From Felis catus (taxonomy: Eukaryota): a stretch of DNA of 64,000 bases. Position numbers and translations under genes: made by a program. Location of the stretch: assembly GCF_018350175.1 (NCBI RefSeq), contig NC_058371.1, positions 195,362,001 to 195,426,000 of the forward strand, in the 5' to 3' direction. Shown piece after piece: positions 11,951 to 24,883 of the stretch (positions are counted from its first letter, which is position 1; every line of letters begins with the position of its first letter). The notes below the pieces were generated by a model that did not search any database, was not told the DNA's origin, and saw only the letters and a program-made list of their open reading frames with translations.

Positions 11951-13349
11951 TTTCTTCTCCAGGAATGTTACGCTCCATTAGCTTTGACTTCCCCAAAGCA
12001 GAGCTGTGTCAGTGGTGGCACATGTGGGATGGGCACGCCCCCCACTGTCCCCTCCTGAGCCTGAGGACATGACTAACCAATGACACCCCTGTTCCCTGCT
12101 GGGCCCTAAAATCCATCTCCAAGGTTGTCCCTGAAGCTGCAGGTTCCACGAGGGCTGGCACATGAAATAAAACCTATGTGCCGTCCTGACCTAGGTCAAG
12201 TTCATCTCTGCTTTGTCTGTAGCATCTAGTACAAAGACTTGTCGAGCTTGCGGAAAATTATAAAAGAACTTGATATCTATTTAACATCTAAAACTCAACA
12301 GACTCGGACCAGGGTTATATACACACACGTGGGACCTCTTAAATCCTCACAAAGATTTTGTGACAGAAGCATGATTCTTGCCGAGTAGTCAAAGAAAATG
12401 ATACCCAGGCTTATTGAAGTAAGGAACACCTGTCTCCAGGTCATAGGTGGCTAAGCCAGGTTCAAATCCAGGTCTGCCTGGCCCAACGCCCAAGGTGTGT
12501 CCACCACGACGTGCCACACTTCGTCAACAGCAGAAAACCAATGCGCGTCTAACATTAGACAACAGACAATCATGGACGAATCATTCAGAATCCAGAATGA
12601 GGAAAATACACACACTATGTCATTAGGAGGGAGTTAAAAAGAGAATATAGGAAATGATTTCGTGACAAGAAGCAGGTAAAAAATAAGTGAGCTCTGGTGG
12701 TATAAAGGGGCAGCACAGAATCAATGGTCTGCAACACTAACAATTCATTGGCTGCTGTTTCTGCAGACTTGCTTTTGGAAACAGGAGGGCCTGAGGTATT
12801 CTGCTAATGGAGCAGAGAGCCCCTTGGCTAATCTCAGGTGAAGCACAGCCACACAACTCTCCACAACACCGCGCCTCTTTTTCTTGCTTTCAGTTGGGTC
12901 TGCTTTCCTGCCAGTTTCATGTGCCTCATCAGAGACGGAGGTGGGACAACAGAGCTGACTCTTGACGAAACAGAGCTCTTGGCTGGGGAAGATGGAGAAG
13001 AGCCACCCAGCACAGTTTTGAATCTGGAAATGCATAAGGTAATGCCCTCTCTCCTGGAGAGGCAGAGGAGACAGGAGAAAAGACGGGGAGGGGTAAGAAC
13101 GTCAGAACGTCAGAGCCAGGAAGACCTGCAGAGGCCATTTTGCCCATTCCAAATATCAGTCATGACCGCCATATTCCTATGGCATCGGTACTATCTTTGG
13201 CTTATTCTCTTCCTTTAAATAAGTCCGCTTACTTGACTACATTTACCTTCATCTGGGCAATAAACAGTGAAATTAGACACTTCATGTGCTCGTTATATTT
13301 TTCCTTACAGATATTAAAATAAACATGGTAACCAGGAAGGCTAAAAATG

Positions 13350-14520
13350 TTCATCCAAAAACATGATGAGATACCACCTCACACCTGTTAGAATGGCTAT
13401 TACCAGAAAGACNNNNNNNNNNNNNNNNNNNNNNNNNNNNNNNNNNNNNNNNNNNNNNNNNNNNNNNNNNNNNNNNNNNNNNNNNNNNNNNNNNNNNNNN
13501 NNNNNNNNNNNNNNNNNNNNNNNNNNNNNNNNNNNNNNNNNNNGCGTGGTTCAGTCGGTTAAGTGTCTGACTTCTGCTCAGGTCGTGATCTCAGGTTCGT
13601 GAGTTCAAGCCTCCTCTGTCAGCACAGAGCCCTCTTTGGAACCTCTCCCTCCTCTCTTTCTCTGCCCCTCCCCCACGTGTGCTCTCTCTCAAACATAAAC
13701 ATTAAAAAAATAGTAAGACACACTTATCATGATAAGCATTGAGTAATGTATTGAAGTGTTGAATCACTATATTATACATCTGAAACTAACATAACACTAT
13801 ATGTTAATTATACTTCAACTGAAAAAAAGAAATAAAACATCAAATATAGAACTACAATACTATCCAGCAACTCCATTTCTGGATACTTATCTGAAGGAAT
13901 CAAAACCACCATCTCACCAAGATATTTTTACCTTCGTGTTCATTGCAGCATTATTTACAAGAGCTAAGATGTGGAAATAACCCTACTGTCCACTGATGGC
14001 CAAACCAGAAAATGTGGTAGGTATATACAATAGAATATTATTCAGTCATAAAAAAAAGAACAAAATCCTGCCAATTGTGACAACATGGATGAATCCTGAA
14101 GGCAGTATGCTACGTGAAATAAGTCAGAGAATGACAAGTACCAAACGATCTCATTCATAGGTGGTATCTAAAAAACACGGAACTCATAGATAGATTATAT
14201 TGGTGGTTGCTAGAGGCAGTGTATGCGGGATGGGAGAAATAAGTAAAGGTGGTTCAAAGGTCCAAACTATCAGATATGAAATAGATAAGCCCTGGGGATG
14301 TAATGTACAGCATGGTGACTGTGGTTGATATGAAAGGTGCTAATAAGAAAATACATCTTACAGGTGCTCATCACAAGAAAAAAAATTATAATCATTGGGA
14401 TAACGGATGGTAACGAGACTTATGTGTGGCTCATTCTGCAATCATTCTGATATCCACAATATCAGATCATAATGCTGTGGACCTGAAACTAATAGAAGAT
14501 TATGTGCCAAGTGGATCTCC
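13350..14520 (+). mobile_element. Older L1 (L1MA/L1_Carn-like) fragments, interrupted by a gap and a SINE
   Basis: MMRYHLTPVRMAI motif; ...CAGCAACTCCATTTCTGG...TTCATTGCAGCATTATTTACAA... ORF2/3'UTR-like sequence; A-rich end. Confidence 0.75.
13544..13712 (+). mobile_element. CAN-SINE (5' end in gap)
   Basis: Head remnant, (CT)n tract and A tail. Confidence 0.8.
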
Positions 14521-14676
14521 AAAAAAAAAAAAAAAAAATGGTCAGCCATCTAACACATGAAGTCAACATGTATCCCTCTAGTGGGGCATGCACCACACAC
14601 ATATGGACAAAATATTGATAAAGTTTGTTGGATTCTAGCCTTTTTTTTCTCTAGTAGCAGAAATTTAGTGGTACTA

Positions 14677-14812
14677 GGGGCCCCTGGCTGGTTCAGTTAG
14701 TAGAGCATTTGATTCTTTATCTCGGGGTCGTGAGTTCAAGCACTTTGGGCATAGAGCTCACTAAAAATAAACACATAAATAAATAGATAAATAGATAAAT
14801 AAATAAATAAAT
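14677..14812 (+). mobile_element. Short older CAN-SINE with (ATAA/ATAG)n tail
   Basis: GGGGCCCCTGGCTGGTTCAGTTAGTAGAGCAT head and AT-rich tail. Confidence 0.7.
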
Positions 14813-16526
14813 ATTCCAAGTTAGAGAAGCAAAGAAATTTCGTGGTAAGAGGGGGGTTTAAGGGACCCCAGCCTGTCCTGTACATAGCACAGAGCCACTC
14901 TGAGGACAGTGGCCAGGAAGCCAGCCCTTTAAGTATCCACATTGCTGCCACCCTGTCCCAAGCCCCTGGCCGCCCCTTGTAGATCATGCAGTGTGCGACA
15001 AGCAGCACTTGAAACATTGCTCTAGCCCTGGCCTCTTGTCGGACAGAGGTGGAAACTGAGGCACAGGGAAGAGAGCGGATGACAAAAGGTTGCATGTGAA
15101 GTTACTGCAGAAAAGAGTCTGAGCCCAAGGCCTCTGACATACATCTGACAAAGATCTGGAGATCTTTGTGCTACCCCGTGCCCTGGAAAAACTTCCACCC
15201 TGGGTCAGAGATGACACCTGGCCTGCCTCCTCCTCCTCTCTCTCCACAACTTCTGGTCTGGAACAACCTTTGAAGCGAGAGAAGAGGCAATCTGGGCCGG
15301 GAAGAAAGGCAGCAAGGTGGCGTTCTGACAACCACGGCCAGGGTGATAGTCCTCCGAAAGCTCTTTGCACTGAGAATGTAACGCTGATTCAGGGCACTCG
15401 AGGGGAGCAGACACAACTCAAATGCACCTGCACAACTTGGGCCCCCTGTTCTCCCTTCACAGACATTTCAGTTGATTGAAGCATCTACAAACACACCCAT
15501 AAGCAAACCCCAATCCTACTCCAGAATCACTGAAGAATAATTTGGACAGCTTCCACGCCTCTGCCTCTTTCCTCCGTCCCCTCCCTGTTTCTTCTCACCC
15601 CATTCCTATCGGGCCATGCCCCTCCAGCATCCTTTCTCAGGATCTTTCTTTCTCAGGGGATCCCCAATCTTTTGCCTGGAGAGCACGCCAGCCCCTGAAG
15701 ATCTCCCCACTCGTCAGGCTGCTCCACAGAAAACAGGCAGCACAACCCACACCTGCTGGCGACAGGGTCATCCTTCCCCTGAAGGCTGGAGGTGGGATCA
15801 TAAATGAGGAAATTTTGAACAATCTTGTTCTGTCCACCAGATTTTAGCTCAATGTAAGGACTCATTTTCCAGAACCAGAGATGGAGACAGCAAATAACAC
15901 AGCACCCATAGCCTGCATTTCAGTGAAGAGCCCCATCACTCTTCATGTGGCTTCCCTCACTGGTGATACTGTGAGAACCTAGGGTCATGGAGTCATACTG
16001 GTCAGGGGCTGGGACCACTACACTGACCACTGCATCGGGTTGTAAGAGGAGGGGAGATGAGTCCGTCACCGGGTGCTCACTGTCCAAAGGGGCAACTCTG
16101 ATTAGATGCCGATTAGCATAACTAACTAGTAACAGAGATAACAATAAGACATTACAAGTTGCTTTTTCCACATCCTTTTCTCAACCACCCTGCGAGGTTG
16201 CCATTCACATCAATCCCATTTACATGAAAGGGGGTTGCCCGGAAGAGACTGAATCCTAAAATTGGTTGAAACTAACAAAACTACCATCTGGGCTGTGTTC
16301 TGTGGTTTCTCATGGTAAAAAATTGAACTTTCGTTTGGGGCAAGTAGTCCTTTGTCTTGGAAATGACCATTTCAATAATTCCTCTGAGTTATACATATGC
16401 AAAGTAAGTGCAGTTCTGCCCACCAATATTGGGAAAGGGGCTGCTTTAGTGGAGAGGAGGCTTGGAAGGAGCTTATGCTTAGAAGAGAGAGGCTGATAAG
16501 TGATCATGGATCCTCTCTCCTACATT

Positions 16527-16536
16527 TATATATATA

Positions 16537-16580
<44 letters not shown>
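16527..16580. repeat. Compound microsatellite (TA)6(GT)21
   Basis: Read directly from the sequence. Confidence 0.97.
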
Positions 16581-16583
<3 letters not shown>

Positions 16584-17780
16584 CTCGGTGGGCCAAGAAT
16601 CTTTCTGGGAGCAGAAGGTGGCCATTTAGCCACTAATTACATTTATTAGAACGCATGTGATGGACAAGGGTGGACCCATCTGAGGCCAGAGAGCGAGATG
16701 AAAAAGAAAGATCTCCAAGAGGAAATTCATCAAGAGGGAGGAGCATGGACTGAGCAACCACCGCATAGGTTGTTGGAACAGATTGTCCCGCTCTGAGCAG
16801 TGAGTGAACGATGTTGTCACTCATGACACCACTCTCTGGTTACGGGGCTGTGCCCGAAAGCATGGTTGCTCCTGTGTGACCTGGAAGACCTGACATCTGA
16901 TGGGCGTGGTCCTGGCGACCCAGGGCAAATATAGGGGAGTATCCGTAACCAAAGGTAAACCAAGAGAAGGACCATGGTCCATTGTTCTGAGCAACCACTG
17001 CAGCATTTCTGCCGGCCACAGGGTCTGCCCAGCTTCAGCGTGGGGATAAGGACGCCAATTATTGTTCTTCTCCCCTGCAGAGCACCAATGGGGAGTCTTG
17101 GGTGCCTCGTGAAAGGCCCCTGAAGACAAGGGGTGGGGCAGGGGAACAGACTGCACTGCCTGAACAGGTGGAGGACTGCAGTCACAAAGCGACCATTCCC
17201 GAAGGGAGCTCATTTTGTACTTCTATGAGCTGCTGAGGTCCAGGGACTTCCAGGTTATGAGGACATGGGCCAACTGAGGCTTAGAGAGGCTTACTAAGAG
17301 GATCTCAGCAATTCTCCACCTTCACTGCTCACAGAATTGTCCGGGAGCTTCTAAGACGGACTGACGCTGGGGCTGAAACCCAGTCCAATTGAATGAGTCT
17401 TTTGGAGTGGAGCCAAGGAAGCAGTGATTTCCGAAAAGCTCCCTAAGTAGGTCAATCTAATGCGTGGCCGGGTTGTGAAGTACAGGACTAATCCAAGATC
17501 GAGGAATACAGGATAGAAAGGGGGAGAGAGACCCCCATTCTATGGATTAGGAAGCTGAGGGCCAGAAATTCAGATGAGTAGCCCAAGGTCATTCAGCCAG
17601 TCAGGAGCAGAATCATGTATCAAATTTGGGTCTGTCCGATTGCTGATCCCACATTGATTTTACTCTATCATGTCGCCTTCAGACTCTGGAGAATGAGGAA
17701 AAAAAGGAACCAAGACAGACAAAATAGAACAGAAACACCCTCCAAAACTTCAGCTTCCTGCCTGTTAAAAATATCTTTGC

Positions 17781-18332
17781 GGCACTGCTAGGAATTTACC
17801 CAAGGGATACAGGAGTGCTGATGCACAGGGGCACTTGTACCCCAATGTTTATAGCAGCACTTTCAACGATAGCCAAATTATGGAAAGAGCCTAAATGTCC
17901 ATCAGCTGGTGAATGGATAAAGAAATTGTGGTTTATATATACAATGGAATACTACTTGGCAATGAGAAAGAATGAAATCTGGCCCTTTGTAGCAACGTGG
18001 ATGGAACTGGAGAGTGTTATGCTAAGTGAAATAAGCCATACAGAGAAAGACAGATACCATATGTTTTCACTCTTATGTGGATCCTGAGAAACTTAACAGA
18101 AACCCATGGGGGAGGGGGAAGGAAAAAAAAAAAGAGGTTAGAGTGGGAGAGAGCCAAAGCATAAGAGGCTCTTAAAAACTGAGAATAAACTGAGGGTTGA
18201 TGGGGGGTGGGATGGAGGGGAGGGTGGGTGATGGGCATTGAGGAGGGCACCTGTTGGGATGAGCACTGGGTGTTGTATGGAAACCAATTTGACAATAAAT
18301 TATATTTAATATAAAAAAGAAAGAAAGAAAAT
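17781..18332 (+). mobile_element. 5'-truncated feline L1 (ORF2 C-terminus + 3'UTR + A-rich tail)
   Basis: ORF 17815-18087 (MHRGTCTPMFIAALSTIAKLWKEPKCPS...) is typical L1 ORF2 C-terminus; G-rich 3'UTR tract; TSD AAAAATATCTTTGC (17767-17780) / AAAAACATCCTTGC (18333-18346). Confidence 0.92.
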
Positions 18333-18616
18333 AAAAACATCCTTGCATTGAGTAAAAGGCGGATTTTTGCACTGTGACACAAAATACTCCTGTATATCAA
18401 TGAAAAGCCATCCGGGCCAAAGCATCAACATATTTCAAGAAAGGTTTCTTTCTCCCCATTTCTCTGTAGCTGAACATGTTGTCAAGCCAGGAGCACTAGA
18501 GGTATCCCTGGGGGTGGGTACTGAATGAAAGGGTATGTGGCTGGGGCGGCTTGAAGTACCCCAGAGTCACGCCCGTGCCTGGGCTCCCAGCCACACGGTG
18601 CACAGGCAGGCAGAGA

Positions 18617-18631
18617 CTGCCACCTGGTGGA
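18617..18631 (-). promoter_or_regulatory. Candidate CTCF site
   Basis: Minus strand TCCACCAGGTGGCAG, a perfect core match; motif match only. Confidence 0.55.
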
Positions 18632-19277
18632 AGAGATGTCACAAGCCAGGCTGGTTCCAGGGTTGCACACATCGCCAGAGATGGCGGGGAGGGGTGGCCT
18701 CTGGGAACTAGCACTTTACAAGCGTTTCCAGGGCAGGGGGTCCCTGAGTGTCTGTGAATACCTGGCGAATTTCAATTAGAGCTTCATTTAGAATTACAAT
18801 TAGAGCTATCATATACTGAAAGCTTACAATGCACTAAGTTCTAAGCAAAGCCTTCCATGGACACCCTTTATTACCCACCCACCCCCAACCCCAAATGTCA
18901 CACACAAACCTTGGGGTTGGCAGTATTCTCTTCATTATAGTGACGAGGAGACAGGCCTAGAGATGTGGATAGTTGACTAGCTCAAGCCACAGGGCAAGTG
19001 GCAATCAGCTGGGTTCCACCCTGGGGCTAGGGAGTGGGGGTGGGGGCTGATATTGACGCTCATTTGCTCTTAGGAATGTGGGGTCTGTTTGACTAAGGAA
19101 CTCCTAGCAGAGTATGTGATGGGGGAAAATGCAGAAAGGAAAATGAATGCCAGCCAAAAACCTGTCCTGGCAACTGTCCCACTGTCTTTCCATGTCCTCT
19201 CCTTGGTCTGTAACCAGTCGGAAAACAAGGGTGAACCAAAAGGCATACTGGTAAATATTTAAACACTGGTTCCGGCC

Positions 19278-19294
19278 GGGGGGGGGGGGGGGGG
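19278..19294. repeat. G17 homopolymer
   Basis: Read directly from the sequence. Confidence 0.9.
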
Positions 19295-21715
19295 AGAAAT
19301 ACCCTCATTTGTGGCATTTTCCAACTTCTGGTATAAATACTTCACTGTGACCAATTTCAATCTACCAACTTGGCATCAACTACTTCGCAAAATTACCTGA
19401 AAATTTAACATGAGCTTGTTGTTTGAACTGGCTCCAGGACACCTATGGAAGCAATTCCATTCTAAGAAGATATTTGTTAGTTAGAAGTAGGGACTCTCCC
19501 ATCCTCCAGTCCAAAATAATCCAGAGTGTCTTAGCATCCCTCAATGATCTCATCCAGGTTTCTTCTCACGAGGGCTAATGCGTAATTTACTTCAGTCTCG
19601 CAGACCCACACAGTCTGGTTGTGTGACTGGCATTGCACACAGAACACTAATGACTTCAAGCTCTGGGTTCCATGGACTGAAAATTCAAGCAAGGGACGTT
19701 CTAGACCAGAAGAATAGGTTTCATGAGTCAAACTGGAGAAAAAATCCATCCAAGACAAAATTGGGTTCAGTTAGTGAAGGAACAAATTTCTTACAAATGA
19801 AAAGCAGAGTGGGAATAGAGGTGAACTACATACACCCTATGTCTAGGAAATGTACATATATAGTATATNNNNNNNNNNNNNNNNNNNNNNNNNNNNNNNN
19901 NNNNNNNNNNNNNNNNNNNNNNNNNNNNNNNNNNNNNNNNNNNNNNNNNNNNNNNNNNNNNNNNNNNNNNNNNNNNNNNNNNNNNNNNNNNNNNNNNNNN
20001 NNNNNNNNNNNNNNNNNNNNNNNNNNNNNNNNNNNNNNNNNNNNNNNNNNNGGGAGAGGAGGTCACAATGAATCAGTCTTTGAAAATCAATATAAACTTA
20101 AATAATATTGGGATTTCAATAAAAGAAAAAGGAGTGTGGAAACCAGGGATCATCCTTTCCCTTGGGCTCAGATGTGCTTTGCTGCTTCTTAGAACTCTGG
20201 GTTAAGTTTGGTGTTTCTGGGAAGAAGTACGTGGAGTGCCTACCTGTGCAGGCTTTGGGCAGCAATCTGTGGCATTGACCAAGTCACTTAACATTTGTAA
20301 GCCTCAGTTTCCTCGACTGTAGAATGGGGATATTCGTGATAGCTTCAAAACAGCTTCTCAGATGAATTGTGTGAACATTTATCCACGTTTTATTTCATTG
20401 TTAGGGGCGAGAGAAAAGACGTCAGAAAAACCAGTTCCAAGGTTTTATTTGGAGAGGAAACAAGTGTGATTTAAAGAACACTATCCGACTAGAGGTTTAA
20501 AAGATGAATGTGTGGCTTACAGATTACTAGGATAGCATCTGGCTTAAAAGAGCATTCTACCTTTGAATATCTGGTTAAAAAATATTGGGTGCCTCGAAAG
20601 AATGAGAGTTAGCGGAATGGAATCAAACTAAGTCCCCAGAAGGACTCTAAATCGTATTGAAGTCCATCAGAAAAAAACAAACAAACAAACAACAACAACA
20701 AAAAAAAAACCACCAGTGCTTTATCAGGAATGCTAGATCCTTCCCAAAGGGGCTGAAAATCACATCAACCCACCAAGTTCTGCCCCGGATGAGATTTGGA
20801 ATGATTTCCTTTCATGGTAACCATCACATTGGGCTGGCATGAGGATTAAATGAAATCGTAATAGCAGTTAACAAATACTGAATGTTTAGCCTGTGCCAGG
20901 ACCGGTGGTGAACCCTGTACATCCATTAGGAAATTATGTCATTTACTGGTTTAAAATTCTCCAGGGGCTTTTCCATGAACTTAAGACAGAACACATTTCC
21001 TATCCTTGATGTCAAAGCCCTACATGATCTGATTCGATCTGCTACCCCTCTACCCCTTGCCTAATATCCTCCAGCCCCAATGACACGATTTCTTCTCCTC
21101 AAACACATTAAAGCTGATTCCTGCCCCAGGACCTTTACACGAACTGTTCTCCCTGTCAGGACTGCTCCTCTTCATGTTCTTATTGTTGACTTCACTAGGA
21201 CATTCAGGTCTGAGAAAGACTGGACCTAAGCTGCTCTCCCCTCAACCTCTAGCCTATGGCTCTACTTAATCTTCTGCAGGGCACATATCTCTGCCTGATA
21301 TTTTATTCATGTATTTGTTTGTTTGTTGACCAGACCAAGGGTTTGTCTGTCTTGCTTATCTGCTTTCTCTTGCACATCAAGAACATTTCCTGGCATGTAG
21401 CAGGAGCCCAAAACATACTTGTGGAATGAATGAATGACCTCACTCAATCTTCTCCCAAGCCCTACGGTAGCTCTCTTATTCTCTGTATTTAACAAATAAG
21501 AAAACAAGGCACAGAAAGGTGGAACAATTTGCCCACAGTCATGAAGCTTGAAAACAGCGAAGCTGAAATGCACACCCAGATGTGGCTCCAAAGCCCCCAG
21601 GCTCTACCCCTTCATCATCATGCCTGTAAAAATAAGCTTCTTCACTTGTGTATTGTGATAGATATTACAGTTAGTCTAGAACTCTGCCCTTGCTTTAAAT
21701 TGGTTCCCCTGATTT

Positions 21716-21920
21716 CTTTTTAGATGTTTATTCCTTTTTTGAGAGAAACACAGAGCATAGGCAGGGGAGAGGCAGAGAGAGAGGGAGACACAGAATCCGA
21801 AGCAGGCTCCAGGCCCTGAGCTGTCAGCACAGAACCCAAAGCGGGGCTTGAAACCACAAACCGTGAGATCACGACCTGAGCCAAAATTGGACATTTAACC
21901 AACTGAGCCACCCAGGTGCC
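21716..21920 (-). mobile_element. CAN-SINE
   Basis: Standard minus-strand structure. Confidence 0.88.
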
Positions 21921-24092
21921 TGTGGCTCCCTGCTTTCATTAGCAAAAGGGCTAATGTACTATTTTATGTAAATCAAAATTAAGGAAAATGCCCACTTCGG
22001 GAGTGAATATGCCTATAATTGTATGACTACACTGTTTCTGTGCCTGACCTTGAAAATTAGGCTTCTTAACAACTTGCTCAGGCCTTCCAGCCCCTCCCCC
22101 TGCCCATCCAGTGTCTGTTGTCTCTTTTAAAACCAGGTTCAAGGCTGCCTTCCCACAGTGTGTTTCATGGATTAACTGAGCCCAGCCCAGCACTGTTCCA
22201 TATATGTACACATCCATTTCTTCCATTTTGCCCTCATTTGTACATGACCCAACTGCACTGATTTTATTTCAAATATGTATTATAATTTGAATCAAGGCTT
22301 TAAAAATATGCACTGTATGTGCATGACAAGCACGTTTTGTCTTTACAATGAGCACTCTGGCTCCCTGAGAATGGAACCCATGCCCACTGGGCTTCCTATC
22401 TTAGGCGAATCCACGTGGGGCCAACAACCCAGTAGAGAACAGGTGTTCAGGTGCCAATTAGCAGAAAATGTGAATATATAAATAAAAATGCACTTTCTTC
22501 TCCATTCCTTGTTGACATGTCCAGATTTGGGGAACACCACAAACGCTTTATTACAAAATTCACTGTTTAACCAGCATTGTAACTTGTTCAACATGTTTAC
22601 CACATCAAAGCGTTTATTTCCAATAACCTAAAATAGTAGAAATTCAAGTTTATGTTCAGGCAAAAAGAATCTTGACAGCTACTCAGGCTTTTATTATTAT
22701 TTTTTTTAAATGGTTACCAGAGTCTCACCTGTTAATCACGATCTCATCCTTGTCACAGAAAGAGCGTGTAAAACACCCGGACGATCGCCAGACTTACATC
22801 CAGAGAAGCCTAACTGTTGGTTTGGTATTGTCGAAATAATTGCTGATGAATATTTTTATGCCCTTTTCTTTTAAGAAGTGCGCATTTGTCTTCTCTTGTC
22901 CCAACTAACTTTGATTATCTCTTGAGGCATATAGTTCAACCCCACGGAAATCAGTCTTGAGTCAGATCTTTGTAGCAAAAGACTTCCTGCCTTTAAAGAG
23001 ATGCCCCCACCCAATCCACGGGCCCCCTGAGTAACTGCGGCCCTGAAGCGAAAAGAACAATTTGTCTGGCTGGCAGATCACATTTGTATGGACGCCTCGA
23101 TGCTTGCCAGCAGCGAGGAGCAGGAAGTGCCGGGCTCAGGTTGTTTACAAAGGGGTAAACACTGACCGATGCTGGTGTTCATGGGTTCCCACTCACATGC
23201 TACCATTTTGCACCAGCCCTTCCCATTCTCGGTCTCTCCCGTGACCACAGAAAGGCATGCTCCATATTAAACAACAGGACTTTTCTTAGGATGTATTTTA
23301 GAGTTTGTTTTACATCATCAAATGATGAATAGGGACAAGTATAATTGGGCTGCAGGAACATGGTGGATGCAGGCTGGGCCTTTGTGTTCTCTGTGCTTTC
23401 CTCTGTAGGTTAGCAAGATTTTCTTTTTCCCCCCAGAGACCGGTTCTGACCATGTGGGAGATGATCCGGTGGTTGACTACTCCAGACATGTGTTTACCGT
23501 GTGGCCACCAGGAAGGGATACCAAAAGGGACTTCAAAAGTCCCAAAGATGGTTCTAATTAGTACAGCTCGGATCAGGGGCTTATCTCTAGATTGTTAGCT
23601 GTTGTCAATAAACTTGTAGATTTTCCTCCTTGTCTACAAAGAACACGAGTCACCACTGTAATCAGTGCCACTTGAATTTAAAACCAATAAAATTGGCCAA
23701 GAAAATTGGAGGTGACCTGAGATAGGCCAGTGGCCACCCATACTGCCCAAGGCAATGACTCAGTTCCTTCACCACAGTGTGGGCCCTGCCTTCAGGCTTG
23801 CAAGGTCAGAAGGTGAATATCAGTACTTAAATAATGTATCTGAACCCCAGATAGTTTCACAAGTAAACCAAGCTCTTAGAGCTTTATGCATAAAAATCAT
23901 TCAGAGGACTGGAATTAAAATAAAAACTTGGAAAAAAAAAAAAAAACCACCTTGAAATCATTCATGGGGAGAGACATAACCAAGTCAAGAGCTTCCCATA
24001 TTTGCTGAACAAATAGGAAGCTAAATATGTCCCCCAAAGTTTGCCTAAGGATCAGAGTCATAAGAGGAACAACTAAGATCATTTAATTGATC

Positions 24093-24280
24093 TTTTTTTT
24101 AATGTTTTATGTATTTTTTCAGTTTTTATTTATTTTGAGATAGAGAGAGAGCATAAGCAGTGGAGGGGCAGGGAGAAAGGGAGAGAGACTCCAGGGCTCG
24201 AACCCACAAACGACGAGATCATGACCTGAGCAGAAACCAAGAGTTGGAAGCTTGAACCGACTGAGCCACCCAGGCGCCCC
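24093..24280 (-). mobile_element. CAN-SINE
   Basis: Standard minus-strand structure; degenerate TSD AAGATCATTTAATTGATC / AAGATTCTCTAACTGATC. Confidence 0.85.
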
Positions 24281-24378
24281 AAGATTCTCTAACTGATCCT
24301 AATGGCTGATACCTAATAGCTGAGGGGGTTCAGAAGAAGCGTCTCCAAAATATGCCCCTTTGGCATGAGGATTATCTT

Positions 24379-24523
24379 TGATTTACTTATTATTTTTTTT
24401 AAGTTTATTGTCAAGTTAGCTAACATACAGTGTATAGAGTGTGCTCTTGGTTTCTGGGGTAGAGTCCCCGTGATTCATCGCTTACATACATACCCAGTGC
24501 TCACCCCAACAAGTGCCCTCCGA
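24379..24523 (-). mobile_element. 5'-truncated carnivore L1 3'-end fragment
   Basis: Flanked by the 15-nt direct repeat CATGAGGATTATCTT (24364-24378 and 24524-24538); T-rich tail on the left; L1 3'UTR-like body. Confidence 0.75.
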
Positions 24524-24660
24524 CATGAGGATTATCTTGAACTAAATTCAGGTAGCCAAAACCCAGCAGATTTAGGAAAATCTCTTTATCTCCACCTCAG
24601 CTGCCTAAATTTACACTGGAAAGGGAGCCTATACCAGGAAGAGAACAATTACCAGAAGAC

Positions 24661-24874
24661 ATTTATTTTTTGATGTTTATTTATTTTTGAGAGAGAGAGA
24701 AACGGAGCACAAGCAGGGAAGGGACAGAGAGAGAGGGAAGCACAGAATCCGAAGCAGGCTCCAGGCTCTGAGCCGTGAGCACAGAGCCCGACATGAGGCT
24801 CGAACTCACGAACTGCGAGACCATGACCTGAGCTGAAATCGGACGCTCAACCGACCGAGCCACCCAGGCGCCCC
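24661..24874 (-). mobile_element. CAN-SINE inserted at the RPLP1 retrocopy poly-A/target junction
   Basis: CAGAAGACA flanks on both sides. Confidence 0.9.
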
Positions 24875-24883
24875 AGAAGACAC

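Noticed and set aside
17815-18087. 90-aa ORF resembling a reverse-transcriptase-associated protein
   Set aside because: C-terminal remnant of a 5'-truncated L1 ORF2.
19578-20105. ORFs of 73-299 aa spanning N-gaps (also 13363-13602 and 30469-31368)
   Set aside because: Their lengths are artefacts of translating Ns.
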